Assembly: GCA_024710525.1 (NCBI GenBank)
Contig: JANJUP010000022.1
Location: forward strand, 128,001 to 192,000
Reading direction: 5' to 3'
Source of the DNA: Candidatus Rifleibacteriota bacterium
GTDB lineage: Bacteria; Muiribacteriota; Ozemobacteria; Ozemobacterales; Ozemobacteraceae
Length of the DNA: 64,000 nucleotides
Shown one piece after another: positions 52,645 to 62,949 of this stretch. Below the pieces are notes generated by a model that saw nothing but the letters and a program-made list of their open reading frames with translations, had not been told where the DNA came from and did no database searches. Position 1 is the stretch's first letter; every line of letters starts with the position of its first letter. A program made the position numbers and the translations under genes.

Positions 52645-53775
52645 TCAGCCGTTTCTGCGTTTTCTCAGGAAGGTCGGAATTTCGCGTTCATCAGAGGTAT
52701 TGTAAGTCGGAGGAGCATTTACAACCTGCTGCTGAGGAACGTAGGTTTCCTGGATCGGGCGAACGGTGCGGATGTCGTCGAGAATGCGCTTCTTCGCGTC
52801 GATGCCCGATTTGATTTCTTCGCCGAAGCCGGTAGCGATAACGGTAATTCTGATGGCACCGCCCATAGCGTCATTTACAGCAGTTCCGAAGATGATGTTG
52901 GCATCTGGGTCAACCACTTCCTGAATGATGCTGCAGGCGTTCTGTACTTCATGAATTCCGAGGTCAGAGCCGGCGGTGATATTGAGCAGAACGCCCTTGG
53001 CGCCCTGAATTGAAGACTCGAGGAGCGGGCTGGCGATTGCCATCTGAGCAGCGGTGACGGCGCGGTTTTCGCCTTCGGCAGTGCCGACGCCCATAAGGGC
53101 AGAGCCGGCCTGGCTCATGATGGTTTTGACGTCAGCAAAGTCAGTATTGATTTCGCCGGGCACGACGATAAGATCTGAGATGCCCTGAACACCCTGGCGC
53201 AGAACGTCGTCGGCATAGCCGAAGGCCTGCAGCATGGTGACGTTTTCTTTTGAGATCTGGAGAAGTTTGTCGTTCGGCACAACGATAATCGCGTCAACAC
53301 AGCTTCTGAGGTTTTTGATGCCGATTTCAGCGGCACTGGCACGCTTTTTGCCTTCGAAAGCGAACGGCTTGGTGACTACGGCCACGGTAAGAGCCCCAAT
53401 TTCACGGGCAACTTCAGCTACGACTGGAGCAGCTCCGGTGCCGGTGCCACCGCCCATGCCGGCAGCGATGAAAACCATATCGGCGCCTTCAAGAACTTCG
53501 GCGAGAGCTTCACGGTCGTCTTCAGCGGCTTTTTTGCCAATTTCATAGTTGGCGCCGGCGCCAAGACCTTTGGTGAGCTTGTCACCAAGCTGAATCTTGA
53601 TTTTGGCATTTGATCGTGTAAGGGCCTGGGCATCAGTGTTGGCTGTAATGAATTCAACACCTGACAGACCGGCCTCGATCATGCGGTTTACTGCGTTTGA
53701 GCCGCCGCCACCCACACCAATTACCTTGATTTCAGCGTTTTCCAACGCTGACTGGTTACTAAAATCAAACACCAT
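52645..53775 (-). CDS. ftsZ: Cell division protein FtsZ
   Basis: GTP-binding motif [10 protein letters not shown], tubulin-like core, and a C-terminal peptide …[12 protein letters not shown]. Confidence 0.95.
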   Translation of the reverse strand: MVFDFSNQSALENAEIKVIGVGGGGSNAVNRMIEAGLSGVEFITANTDAQALTRSNAKIKIQLGDKLTKGLGAGANYEIGKKAAEDDREALAEVLEGADMVFIAAGMGGGTGTGAAPVVAEVAREIGALTVAVVTKPFAFEGKKRASAAEIGIKNLRSCVDAIIVVPNDKLLQISKENVTMLQAFGYADDVLRQGVQGISDLIVVPGEINTDFADVKTIMSQAGSALMGVGTAEGENRAVTAAQMAIASPLLESSIQGAKGVLLNITAGSDLGIHEVQNACSIIQEVVDPDANIIFGTAVNDAMGGAIRITVIATGFGEEIKSGIDAKKRILDDIRTVRPIQETYVPQQQVVNAPPTYNTSDEREIPTFLRKRRNG

Positions 53776-53839
53776 GCTCGCCTCCTGTTTATTACTGCTC
53801 TGCCTTCGGCAAATCTATTTCTTTTATTTTAAAAATTCT

Positions 53840-55102
53840 TCAATCGGTAAAGAATTTTCTTAACCAGGACTGAATTCGTTCAATTATACCATTTAGGGCA
53901 CCAGATTCTCTAGTGGGTGCACGATAATTTTGTGCGCCATACCTTATCAGGCCCAGGGCGGTAGAATACTGCGGTTTCCGCACCTGCTCATGGAGACCGA
54001 TCACGTCGATTGGCGCACCGCGTCGTATTGGCAGGCCCAGAATTTCTTCGGCGAGTTCGGGGCACCCGCTCATCAGAGAGGTGCCTCCTGTTAATACAAC
54101 ACCTGCGGGTATGACGTCAAGAGAAACATGTTTTTCGATCTGTTTCTTGACCTCATAAAAAATCTCTTCCATGCGCGGCTCGATTATTTCAGCAAGAAAA
54201 GTCTGCTGGAAAGGTTTTGTGCGCTCTCCGCCGGCTACCGGAACCTCGATGGTCAGGTGACTGTCAGCCAGTTCAGAATATGCAACTCCGTGGCTGATTT
54301 TAAGTTCTTCGGCTGCCTGTGTAGAGGTTTTAAGGCCTACTGCCAGGTCGTTGGTAACAAGGCGTCCACCAATATCGATGCTGTATGAATGAACGACGTG
54401 CCCATTCTGAAATATGATCAGATCGGTTGTGCCGCCGCCAATGTCAACAAGAACGACGCCAAGTTTCTTTTCGTCTTCAGAGAGCACCGCCATGCTCGAG
54501 GCATACTGCTGCAGGACTACGTCTTCCACTTTCAACTTAGCCATTTCGCAGCACTTCATGATGTTCTGCATGGCAGTCACTGCACCGGTTACAATATGCA
54601 CCTGGGCTTCCAGACGGCCGCCTACCATGCCAAGCGGGTTGTTGATATCTTTCTGCTCATCGACCACGAATTCGCGTGGCAGGATGTGTATGATGTCCTG
54701 ATGCGGCGGAATTGAAACTGCGGTTTTTGCGTTTTCTACGGCGCGGTCGATATCTTCAGAGGTGATTTCCTGGTTGTTGCCTTTGATCGCAACTATACCC
54801 TGACTGTTCATTGAACAGATGTGCGCGCCGGCAATGCCGACATAGATGTTGTCGATTACCACATCAGCCGATTTCTCAGCTTCTTCGACCGCATCAATGA
54901 TGGCCTGGGTCGTGCGCTCGATATCAACGATTGCACCCTTTTTTACACCGTCGCCGGAAGATGCCGTGCCAACGCCGAGCACATTTATGGTGCGCCCGTT
55001 CTGGACTTCGCCAATCACCGCACAGACTTTGGTTGTGCCTATGTCGAGGCCAATAATGATATCATCCACCGGCAGAAGGACCCCTGTTTCCCTTTGATGC
55101 AC
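53840..55102 (-). CDS. ftsA: Cell division protein FtsA
   Basis: 420 aa actin-like ATPase (…IIGLDIGTTKVCAV…, …VDIGGGTTDLIIF…). Confidence 0.9.
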   Translation of the reverse strand: MHQRETGVLLPVDDIIIGLDIGTTKVCAVIGEVQNGRTINVLGVGTASSGDGVKKGAIVDIERTTQAIIDAVEEAEKSADVVIDNIYVGIAGAHICSMNSQGIVAIKGNNQEITSEDIDRAVENAKTAVSIPPHQDIIHILPREFVVDEQKDINNPLGMVGGRLEAQVHIVTGAVTAMQNIMKCCEMAKLKVEDVVLQQYASSMAVLSEDEKKLGVVLVDIGGGTTDLIIFQNGHVVHSYSIDIGGRLVTNDLAVGLKTSTQAAEELKISHGVAYSELADSHLTIEVPVAGGERTKPFQQTFLAEIIEPRMEEIFYEVKKQIEKHVSLDVIPAGVVLTGGTSLMSGCPELAEEILGLPIRRGAPIDVIGLHEQVRKPQYSTALGLIRYGAQNYRAPTRESGALNGIIERIQSWLRKFFTD

Positions 55103-55991
55103 CAGCGCTTTTTTTAGGTCGCACGACGATTTCGCTTGGTGCCCTCATGTCGAGGTAGAATGGTTCTACATTATTCTTTCTCAGGTTGTCAAGGAGTGCA
55201 CGTAAAAAATCATAACGATTCTTGAAATCCTCAACGCTTCTGGGAAATATTTTTTCACCAGTAACAAGCACCAGATAAGGGTTTTGTGCGCTTGAAAAAT
55301 TTATTTCCGAGACCTGATTCAGTATACGGTCACCCAGTGATTTAACCCAGTTTTGTGCAACGTAAAAGTCGTCGTTCGAGTGGAGCGAGTCGCCGGCCCT
55401 TGCGGTTTGAAGTTTCAGGCCGGTAATTACCGGAAGCTCTTTTTCGCCCATGCCTTCGGTGCTTATTATCACGCCATCTTCGGCGATTTCATAGAAGGCG
55501 ATTCCTACCTTGACGTAAAGAGTTGGCTGGCGTTCAGTGATTTCGATTCTGAGTGTGTATAGCCCGTCGAGGTTCAACTTTACGTCTTTGATAACCGGCT
55601 CGGTCAGCAGTATGCTTCTGATCTGGTCGCGATCTAGGGCAAAAAGTTTCATGCCCGGTGCCAGACCTGCCGTTTTGAGGATATACTCACGCGACAGGGT
55701 GTTATTGCCTGTTACCTCAAGGGTTTTTATCTCGAAATATGAAGTGTGAAAAAACAGATGCCGTAGCTGAGTGATGGCCAGGTAGCACAGACTGATGATC
55801 AGAAGCAGAAAGGCAACAGTTTTTACCGGCCCGGCAAGCCGCGCAAAATTTGACAGCCTTGAACGATACCGCTTCTGGCGCAGCTTGTTGCGCGCTTCTT
55901 CAGAAAGCTGTTGTTCAAGAGGCTGCCGGTATGCACGGCCGGCTCTACTGAGATCTTCTGGCAAAATACAAACCTCAGAAAAAAGATGCAA
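55062..55991 (-). CDS. ftsQ: Cell division protein FtsQ (POTRA)
   Basis: 309 aa with a single TM (VAFLLLIISLCYLAI) followed by a POTRA/FtsQ periplasmic domain. 41-nt overlap with ftsA. Confidence 0.75.
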   Translation of the reverse strand: MHLFSEVCILPEDLSRAGRAYRQPLEQQLSEEARNKLRQKRYRSRLSNFARLAGPVKTVAFLLLIISLCYLAITQLRHLFFHTSYFEIKTLEVTGNNTLSREYILKTAGLAPGMKLFALDRDQIRSILLTEPVIKDVKLNLDGLYTLRIEITERQPTLYVKVGIAFYEIAEDGVIISTEGMGEKELPVITGLKLQTARAGDSLHSNDDFYVAQNWVKSLGDRILNQVSEINFSSAQNPYLVLVTGEKIFPRSVEDFKNRYDFLRALLDNLRKNNVEPFYLDMRAPSEIVVRPKKSAGASKGNRGPSAGG

Positions 55992-56030
55992 TATTCTAGC
56001 ATCGTTAAATTATCAGTACAAGCAGGAAAT

Positions 56031-57113
56031 TCAGTTCTTCAACAACTGCGATATCTGTGCAAGAATGCGCTCTTCGACGTCGTCCGGCCGGCTTTTTGCC
56101 ATGGCTGCAGCCATGGTCGCAAGCTTCTCTGGCTGTTTCAGCTCTTCAACCATTCTGGCAAGACTTTCGCCGTTCAGGTCGCGGTCGAGAAGAAGCCTGG
56201 CAGCACCCAGATTTTCGAGTACTCTGGCGTTCTTTTCCTGGTGGTTGTCGGTTGCAAACGGAAATGGAACCAGAATAGCCGGCTTGCAGCACACGGCAAT
56301 TTCAGCCAGTATCGTGGCTCCGGCTCGCGAAACCAGCAGGTCGGCTACCTCAAAGGCTTCCCGCATCTCGTGCAGGTAGGGCAGCAGGGTGTAATTTTCC
56401 GGGAGTTGGCCAATCGCGGATTTCACCATGTCATGGTCGCGTTCGCCGCTGATGTGAATCAGTCGGACGCTGCTCTTACCAGGCAGCCAGTTTTTTGCCA
56501 GGTCGATACAGGCGCGGTTCAACGATAAGGCACCGCGCGAACCACCGACTGCCAGGATGATGAACTCACCCGGTTTGCGGTTGAATCTTGAGCTGGTGAC
56601 ATTTTTGCTCAGGAAGGCTGAACGAACAGGATTTCCGGTGAGAACGGTCTTTTTCCCGTCTTCCTGTGCAGCAGAGGCGTAGGTCAGAAGCACCTTCGCA
56701 GCCGAGCCTGCAAAAATGCGGTTTGTAACACCCATAGCTGCATTCTGTTCATGAATGACTGCAGGAATTCCGAGTATTCTCGCTGCTGCGAGAACCGGAA
56801 ATGCAACAAAGCCACCGGTAGTGACCGCAAGATCAGGTTTGAATTGTTTGAGGTGTCTGAACGCATCGTAAATACCGGCGGCATTTCTGAAGGGAAATGT
56901 CAGCCAGTCTTTGCTGACGGTTCTCGGCATGCCCTGGGCTCTGACACCCATAAATGCAATGTCTGCTTCCCGACTGACAATTTTTTCTTCCATGCCACCA
57001 CTGACGCCGACGTAACCACTCGAAAAAGTGAAGCGCCGCGCCAGGATTTCTCTAATGGCAAGTGCCGGGTAGATGTGCCCGCCGGTTCCGCCGCCGCTGA
57101 AAACTATACGCAT
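56031..57113 (-). CDS. murG: Undecaprenyldiphospho-muramoylpentapeptide beta-N-acetylglucosaminyltransferase
   Basis: 360 aa GT28 protein (…IVFSGGGTGGHIYPALAI…). Confidence 0.9.
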   Translation of the reverse strand: MRIVFSGGGTGGHIYPALAIREILARRFTFSSGYVGVSGGMEEKIVSREADIAFMGVRAQGMPRTVSKDWLTFPFRNAAGIYDAFRHLKQFKPDLAVTTGGFVAFPVLAAARILGIPAVIHEQNAAMGVTNRIFAGSAAKVLLTYASAAQEDGKKTVLTGNPVRSAFLSKNVTSSRFNRKPGEFIILAVGGSRGALSLNRACIDLAKNWLPGKSSVRLIHISGERDHDMVKSAIGQLPENYTLLPYLHEMREAFEVADLLVSRAGATILAEIAVCCKPAILVPFPFATDNHQEKNARVLENLGAARLLLDRDLNGESLARMVEELKQPEKLATMAAAMAKSRPDDVEERILAQISQLLKN

Positions 57114-57119
57114 TTTTAT

Positions 57120-58298
57120 TTACCTTCTTCTGGTTACCGGGACCGCCGGTTCGGCGAACTGCCCCGAGAAAGGTGCGGCCCGGTGCTCTTCGAAGGCGTT
57201 GCGTCCGGAGCCGTAGCGCGAGACATTGAGAAGAATACCGACGCCTATGGCCAGAAACACAAGACTGGAACCACCGTAGCTGACGAAGGGCAGAGTGATG
57301 CCGGTCGTTGGCATCAGACTCAGAACGACACCGATATTGACCAGTACCTGTAACCCAATGATGGCTGTTATGCCCGATGCCAGCAGAAATCCGAAATTGT
57401 CGGGGGCGCGGGTAGCAATGTATAAACCGCGCCAGAGCAGCGCAAGAAACAGCAGCAGAACGACAGCACCGCCCAGCAGGCCAAGCTCTTCGCAGATGAT
57501 GGCAAAAATAAAGTCGGTGTGTCGCTCAGGCAGAATAAAAAACTTCTGCCGGCTTTGCCCGAGCCCAAGACCCCAGAATCCCCCCGAACCGATTGCAACC
57601 AGCGATTGAATGATGTGGTAACCGCTGGTCCTGGCGTTTTCCCAGGGGTCGATGAAGGCCCAGAACCGCCGCATGCGGTAACCGGCCTGAAAAATCAGCG
57701 CAGTGATCAATACCGCGCCCCCTGCTGCAAGTCCGCCAAGATTTGCCAGCGAACCGTTTCCAAGAAAATACATGGCCAGATAGGTGCCGCCGATAAGCGC
57801 AGCGGTCGACAGATTGGGGCCTTTGTATATGAGAATGAATACAATCCCGGCTACCAGCATGTCTGGCAACATCCCATGCAGAAAATTTCTTATTCTGTCC
57901 TGGCGCAACGAAATTGAATGTGCCATATAAATCACAAAACAGAGCTTGGCAAACTCTGACGGCTGAAAACCAAGACTACCAAAACGTATCCATCTTTTGG
58001 CGCCGCCGATGTCGCGTGCTACGCCAGGCACCAGTACCAGTATGAGAAAGAAAATGGCGACGCCAAGCAGGGGCACTGCCATTTTTTCGAGTTTCTGATA
58101 GGGAAAGTGCGAGATTCCGAACATTGCCAGCAGACCAACGACAACCCACATGAACTGGCGCTTCAGATAGTAGTGTGCGTCTGACATCGTCGCCAGCGAG
58201 GTGACCGAACTGGCTGAATAAACCATGATCAGGCCAACGCCCATCAGGGCGATGACGACGAAAAGAAGCAGATGATCGAAGTGACGACTTTTGTTCAT
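57120..58298 (-). CDS. ftsW: Cell division protein FtsW (SEDS family)
   Basis: 392 aa, 10-TM SEDS protein, sitting between murD and murG as in dcw clusters. Confidence 0.85.
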   Translation of the reverse strand: MNKSRHFDHLLLFVVIALMGVGLIMVYSASSVTSLATMSDAHYYLKRQFMWVVVGLLAMFGISHFPYQKLEKMAVPLLGVAIFFLILVLVPGVARDIGGAKRWIRFGSLGFQPSEFAKLCFVIYMAHSISLRQDRIRNFLHGMLPDMLVAGIVFILIYKGPNLSTAALIGGTYLAMYFLGNGSLANLGGLAAGGAVLITALIFQAGYRMRRFWAFIDPWENARTSGYHIIQSLVAIGSGGFWGLGLGQSRQKFFILPERHTDFIFAIICEELGLLGGAVVLLLFLALLWRGLYIATRAPDNFGFLLASGITAIIGLQVLVNIGVVLSLMPTTGITLPFVSYGGSSLVFLAIGVGILLNVSRYGSGRNAFEEHRAAPFSGQFAEPAVPVTRRR

Positions 58299-59656
58299 TT
58301 CGGCTGTAAGGCTTTCACCAGTTCTTTGAACCTTTCGCCCCTGACTTCAAAATTGGGAAAAAGATCGTAACTGCTGCACGCCGGCGAAAGCAGCACGGTA
58401 TCGCCCTTTTCTGCCCATTCGTAGGCAATATTGACAGCCTGTTCAAAGCTGCCCGCGCTCTTCAGTGGAACCAGCCCCTCAAAGGCAGATCTGAACCGGT
58501 CGCGTGCCTCGCCGTAGAGCACCAGTCCACGACTGGCTGTGCGCACGGCCGTAACCCATTCAGAGAGGTCTGTGCCTTTATCGCGACCACCGGCGATAAG
58601 AATTATTGGCGGCCGACAGGCTTTGAGAGCCGTAATCGAGGCAGCGCAGTTGGTGCCCTTTGAGTCATTGATGAAGGTTACGCCACTGACATCGGCGACC
58701 CATTCAAGCCGGTGTTCAACCCCCGGAAACTCTTTGACCACCTTCTCAAGGTTTTTCGTCTCGACCCCGGCAAGAATTGCAGCCAGAGCGGCGGCCATAA
58801 CGTTTTCGAGGTTGTGTCCGCCAATCAGTTTCACCGAAGAAACCGGGAAAAGATCGTGCCTCTTCTGATTTTCATCAACATAAACAAAGCGTTCGTTGCA
58901 AATGGTTACACAGGGAAAAAGCTCCCCGGTATCCCAACCAAACCAGGCTGTTCTGCACCTGACCTGCCCGGCCATCTCGCGCATGCTCTGCTGATCGGCA
59001 TTCAGTATCAGCCAGTGCTCCGGTCCCATGTTCAGTGCGATGCGCTTCTTGGCATCGATGTAGGCTCTGTAGCTGGGGTAGCGGTCAAGATGGTTCTCGA
59101 AAAAGTTTGTGATCATGGCGATATCAGGAGTAAAATCTGAAATCGTCTCAAGCTGAAAACTGCTGACCTCAAGGACCTGCACCGAATCGTCGCTGGTTTT
59201 TGCCGCAAAATCCATCATTGGTATGCCGATATTGCCACCAAGAAAGACATCACTGAACTGTTCGCGACAGAAAAGAGACAGCAAAGTCGTTGTGGTGGTC
59301 TTGCCGTTACTGCCGGTAACCACCAGTCTCCGCCCCTTCGAGAGTCTGTAGGCAACTTCAATTTCTGAGTAGACCGGAATTTTGCGCTTTTCGGCTTCGA
59401 CAAGAACCGGTATGTCGGGTCGCACGCCGGGGCTGAGAACAATGAAAGACGCATCAAGAACGCGCTCGGTGTGCCCTCCGGCCTCGAACTGAACTTTGCC
59501 GGTCAGGCCTTCACGCTGAAGACTCTGTTTTAACTTCTCTTCGCTCTGAATGTCGGAAATGAAAACATGTGCACCACTTTCAGCCAGACTTCTGGCTGCC
59601 GAAAGCCCGCTCTTGGCGGCTCCAATAATACTGATGGCCTTTCCTGCGACGTTCAT
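58295..59656 (-). CDS. murD: UDP-N-acetylmuramoylalanine--D-glutamate ligase
   Basis: Mur ligase domains (…VTGSNGKTTTT…). The start is set at MNVAGKAISIIGAAKSG. The six-frame ORF extends 21 codons further, to 59719. Confidence 0.85.
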   Translation of the reverse strand: MNVAGKAISIIGAAKSGLSAARSLAESGAHVFISDIQSEEKLKQSLQREGLTGKVQFEAGGHTERVLDASFIVLSPGVRPDIPVLVEAEKRKIPVYSEIEVAYRLSKGRRLVVTGSNGKTTTTTLLSLFCREQFSDVFLGGNIGIPMMDFAAKTSDDSVQVLEVSSFQLETISDFTPDIAMITNFFENHLDRYPSYRAYIDAKKRIALNMGPEHWLILNADQQSMREMAGQVRCRTAWFGWDTGELFPCVTICNERFVYVDENQKRHDLFPVSSVKLIGGHNLENVMAAALAAILAGVETKNLEKVVKEFPGVEHRLEWVADVSGVTFINDSKGTNCAASITALKACRPPIILIAGGRDKGTDLSEWVTAVRTASRGLVLYGEARDRFRSAFEGLVPLKSAGSFEQAVNIAYEWAEKGDTVLLSPACSSYDLFPNFEVRGERFKELVKALQPK

Positions 59657-59708
59657 TGTCTGCCTCATTCGGTGTGTAGATTCAGGCGCAATGATAGCAC
59701 AGTGTGCA

Positions 59709-61032
59709 TTAAACGACAATTCTCTGTTTTATTTTTCGCGGCGCGCAGTTCTGTTCTTCTGCAATTCTGATAACCTCGTCAAATTCAGGCTCGATGACCG
59801 TTTCGCCATCAGGTTTGGTAATTTTCTTGACCCTGATTCTGCCAAAATTGCTGTCGGCTTCTTCGCATTCCCGCTGCAGAGTTGACCGGTCGACACTGCA
59901 GCGTCGCACCCCGATGGTCGGCAGAAGTGAAAAAATCATGTTTTCGATCATTGCCGCCTTTGCCTGCTCAGAGAGCACCTGCAGCTGGTGCCCTGGTCGA
60001 CCTTTTTTCATCAGAATCGGAATCAGACAGGCATCGAGGGCACCGGCCGCCATGAACTTGCTGATTGCGTGCCCAAGCTCTTCGCCTGTGGCATTATCGA
60101 TGTTGCTGGTAAGCTGGGTTATCTGATCAGATTTTTTTTTTTATCGTTTCCGATTCGATCAGAAACGCTCTTAAAAAGTTGGCCCGGCCGGTTTTCAGGC
60201 TGCCATGTCCGTGCCCGACTCTGGTAAAAGTCCGGTTGCCGGCAGCTGCTTTGGCCTGAAGACCGCGCAGCAGCGCTGCACCTGTTGGGGTTGTTAATTC
60301 GAAAGGAACATCGTGGTCAAAGACGACGCTGAACCCCTTGAGAAGCAGGGCGGTTGCCGGCGCCGGCACCGGCATGATGCCGTGTGCGCACCTGACCATG
60401 CCAGAACCGAGATGCACTGGCGAAACGATGACCTCATCCACATCGAGGTCGTCAAGGCAGATAGCTGCACCAACGATGTCGGCAATGCTGTCTCGGGCCC
60501 CAACCTCATGAAAATGCACTTCGTCTGCTCTTTTGCCGTGAACTGTGGCCTCTGCCTCTGCCAGTTCCCTGAAACAGCTGACGGCGATTGTGCGAGCCCT
60601 CGGGCTTATGGCGGCCGCATCGATCATGGCCGTGATTTCTTTCAATCCTCTGTGCGGCGCATGTCCGTGCTCGCTTCGACTGTGGCTGTGGTCACTTGAA
60701 TCATCATTGTCATTGTGACAATGCGTATGGGAATGTTCGTGTTCATGATCGTGATCTTGATCGTGATGTTCGTGGCAGTGCGAATGCCCTGAATGGTTGT
60801 GATCGTCGTGACGATGGTGATGTTGGTGCTCGTCATCGACCGTATTGAAATACAGCCCTCTGATGCCGTCGACCAGACGTTCTTCAATAATGATCTCTAT
60901 CTGACCTTCGGCAAAATTTATGGATTTCAGCCCCTCAATCAATTTCTGGCGGTTTGCACCGAGGTCAAGCAGAGAGGCAACCGCCATATTGCCGGCGATG
61001 CCGCTGAAACAATCCCAGTAAAGAGTTGTCAT
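59709..61032 (-). pseudogene. larC: larC (nickel-pincer cofactor Ni-insertion/CTP-dependent enzyme), split by a frameshift at an A11 homopolymer (60132-60142)
   Basis: The N-terminal 301-aa ORF (60127..61032) contains the His-rich Ni-binding stretch and ends …ETIKKKI* immediately after the A11 run. Removing one A continues the frame as …SDQITQLTSNIDNATGEELGHAISKF-MAAGALDA…, fusing to the 114-aa ORF (59709..60053) with no stop. This would give a ~440-aa LarC. Confidence 0.7.
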
Positions 61033-61829
61033 TGTTTTTTTCCTTTCAGAATGCGCACGGCCGCCGCCGCTGCCCCAAAACCGTTATCGATGTTAACCAC
61101 CGTAATGCCTGCTGAACATGAATTCAACATTCCTAAGAGCGCTGCAAGGCCATTGAAACTTGCCCCATAACCAACCGAGGTTGGCACTGCGATTACCGGG
61201 CACGCTACCAGCCCGCCAACCACGCTTGGCAGCGCGCCTTCCATGCCGGCTGCAACTATTACGGCGTCAGCGTGTCTGAACTGCTCGATGCGGTTCATCA
61301 GCCGATGAATTCCGGCTACTCCGACGTCGAAAATCCTGTCGACGCCGAAGCCCATAAAATCAAGCGTGATCGCAGCCTCTTCGGCAACAGGAATATCAGA
61401 GGTTCCGGCCGCAAGAATGGCAACCCGGCCCCATGGCCGCATTACCACCTCAGAAACCGCCCAGGCAGCACTGCAGCTGAAAATTATGTTTGCCTGCGGG
61501 CATTTCTCGGCAAGAAGTTTGAGAGTTGCTTCACTGCATCTTGTTGCCAGCGCTTTCCCGGTGGTTTCATAAAGGCGATTGAAGATTTCACAGACCTGCT
61601 GCGGTGTTTTTGAAGCGCCATAAATTGCCTCGGGAAACCCGGCTCTGGCTTCTCTGCTGGTGTCGAGCACCGCATCTTTAGTTAAGACTTCGCTGTCTTT
61701 TACCACCTGGTCAGCGGGCAGCTGCGATTGCCCGGTTTCAGTCAGTCTTCTGGCTGCTTCCGCTGCGGTTATCAGGCCGCTTTTATAATCTTCCAGTATT
61801 CTTCTGGTTTTCAGATCGACTGTTTCCAT
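61029..61829 (-). CDS. larB: Nickel-pincer cofactor biosynthesis protein LarB (PurE-like carboxylase/hydrolase)
   Basis: 266 aa PurE-like domain (…AVIVAAGMEGALPSVVGGL…PVIAVPTSVGYG…). 4-nt overlap with larC. Confidence 0.75.
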   Translation of the reverse strand: METVDLKTRRILEDYKSGLITAAEAARRLTETGQSQLPADQVVKDSEVLTKDAVLDTSREARAGFPEAIYGASKTPQQVCEIFNRLYETTGKALATRCSEATLKLLAEKCPQANIIFSCSAAWAVSEVVMRPWGRVAILAAGTSDIPVAEEAAITLDFMGFGVDRIFDVGVAGIHRLMNRIEQFRHADAVIVAAGMEGALPSVVGGLVACPVIAVPTSVGYGASFNGLAALLGMLNSCSAGITVVNIDNGFGAAAAAVRILKGKKQ

Positions 61830-61864
61830 AGTTTCCTTCTGTCTTGTGGTTTGTTGTTTGCCGG

Positions 61865-62863
61865 TTATGAGCTTGTGCCGTTTTCCGGACTGAGTGTGAA
61901 AGCCTGAAGATCTGATCGCTGATGCCCGAGTGCAAATACCAGAGTGCCGAGGCAGACTGCAAACCAGAGAGTCAGAGCCCGTATGAGAAAGGTTGCCGAT
62001 ACTGCCTGTGCCTGCGGTATTGCAGCGAACACGAAGAACATTCCCATTGCGCCTTCGGTTATCAGAAGTCCGCCGGGTAAAAACGACAGGGCACCGGCAA
62101 TCGAGCCGAAGGCGTGCGCAAAAATCGAAATAGCGGGCAGATTGTCTGCCTGCAGACCCATGGCACGAAAAATCATGAAAAGTGCCACCCCTTCACCTGC
62201 CCATGAAATGGCGCTCAGAGGCACCGAAACCATCATTGCTCTCAGGTTCAGAATACTGCCCGTGCTCTGCTGCATAGCCCGCACCGCGCTCTTAAGACCT
62301 GCCAGTTTAGGGTGCAGATTCAGGGCCCTGTCAGCCAGATTCCAGAATGCCGGTCTGGTGAGGCAGATAACTCCCGAGGTGATTAATATGCCGGTCAATA
62401 AAAGCATTCTGCCACCATAGGCGAACTGTGAGAAGCCGGCTGCACACAGGATCAGAAGTCCGATCAGGTCTGTCAGACGCTCTGCCATGATAATCGGAGC
62501 GGTGGCCGATATGGGTATTCCCATACGGTTTTTCAGCAGCAGCGATTTAACGAGTTCGCCGAGCTTGGCTGGACTGAGGACCATGGTAAAGGCTGAAAAA
62601 AATACCCATAGATTTAATTTGAGCGGCACCCTGATATTAAGAAGCCGCAGAAACCAGTTCCATTTGGCGAAACGCAGTGCGTAGTTGAAGAGCACGGCCA
62701 GAATGATGAGGCAGAGCCACTGCAGCGAAATGCCTCCGACCAGTTCGATTACCCGATCCAGATCGGCGAACATGGCTGCGGCGGTTAAAAAAAGCACAGC
62801 AGCCACAGCCAGCCATAAAGATAGTCTGAAAATAATTGAAGACAGGGAAATCGCTTTTTGCAT
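61865..62863 (-). CDS. UPF0104/flippase-like (LPG-synthase TM-region-like) membrane protein
   Basis: 332 aa, ~8 TM helices, Leu/Ala-rich. Resembles YbhN/TIGR00374-type proteins. Confidence 0.5.
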   Translation of the reverse strand: MQKAISLSSIIFRLSLWLAVAAVLFLTAAAMFADLDRVIELVGGISLQWLCLIILAVLFNYALRFAKWNWFLRLLNIRVPLKLNLWVFFSAFTMVLSPAKLGELVKSLLLKNRMGIPISATAPIIMAERLTDLIGLLILCAAGFSQFAYGGRMLLLTGILITSGVICLTRPAFWNLADRALNLHPKLAGLKSAVRAMQQSTGSILNLRAMMVSVPLSAISWAGEGVALFMIFRAMGLQADNLPAISIFAHAFGSIAGALSFLPGGLLITEGAMGMFFVFAAIPQAQAVSATFLIRALTLWFAVCLGTLVFALGHQRSDLQAFTLSPENGTSS

Positions 62864-62902
62864 CAGCCTATTTTTTCATATCTGCAGGTTAAATTCAAAT
62901 GC

Positions 62903-62941
62903 AAAAAAAAGCCGACTGCTTGCAGCAGTCGGCTTTTTTTG
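62903..62941. terminator. Bidirectional rho-independent terminator (A8-gccgactgc...gcagtcggc-T7)
   Basis: Perfect 9-bp GC-rich stem with a 5-nt loop, flanked by A8 and T7 runs. Sits downstream of the minus-strand gene ending at 62950. Confidence 0.8.
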
Positions 62942-62949
62942 AATGAATA

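Noticed and set aside
60127-61032. Extreme His/Asp-rich low-complexity stretch (…HQHHHRHDDHNHSGHSHCHEHHDQDHDHEHEHSHTHCHNDND…) as a possible assembly artifact or novel metal-binding protein.
   Set aside because: A His-rich Ni-binding segment is an established feature of LarC N-terminal domains. The stretch is in frame and flanked by conserved LarC sequence.
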